IMG/VR virus record: IMGVR_UViG_2862421350_000002
Coordinates: 22,710-86,709 of that record
Origin: a virus
Taxonomy: Duplodnaviria > Caudoviricetes
DNA: 64,000 nt
Strand: one strand, 5' to 3'
The position numbers and the translations under genes are program-made. Below are positions 63,974 to 64,000 of the stretch, in pieces; position 1 is the first letter of the stretch; the number at the start of each line of letters is the position of its first letter. The notes under the pieces are model-generated. The model did no database searches. It was not told where the DNA came from and saw only the letters and a list, made by a program, of their open reading frames with translations.

Positions 63974-64000
63974 CGTGGTGGCCTTCCGGGGCGTGGTGGG

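Noticed and set aside
1-64000. tRNA, rRNA, transposase or toxin-antitoxin genes
   Set aside because: None recognised by eye; a covariance-model or HMM scan would be needed to exclude them

Overview
High-GC (Streptomyces-like) temperate siphovirus that appears to be maintained as a plasmid (phage-plasmid). 1-20.5 kb is a complete late arm: head decoration, major capsid, head-tail joining, tail tube, frameshifted tail chaperone, tape measure, tail tip, fibre and a six-gene lysis cassette. 20.5-32.5 kb, bracketed by a 40-bp inverted repeat, holds a Cre-like tyrosine recombinase with a lox-like site, a second recombinase-like protein lacking the catalytic Tyr, a divergent WYL / tandem-RHH switch, an ERF annealase and a WhiB-LuxR fusion. 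33.6-38.6 kb is a plasmid replicon: Rep with internal DnaA boxes, DciA, ParA, ParB and two parS-like palindromes. 39-55 kb are early operons of small genes (RusA, WhiB, SSB, NERD) whose promoters share one palindromic operator. The leftward arm (55.3-64 kb) carries the most striking cargo: an intact type III polyketide synthase next to an MmyB-type ligand-binding regulator, a candidate phage-encoded small-molecule signal/receptor pair. Protein family calls come from motif recognition by eye; no searches were run.
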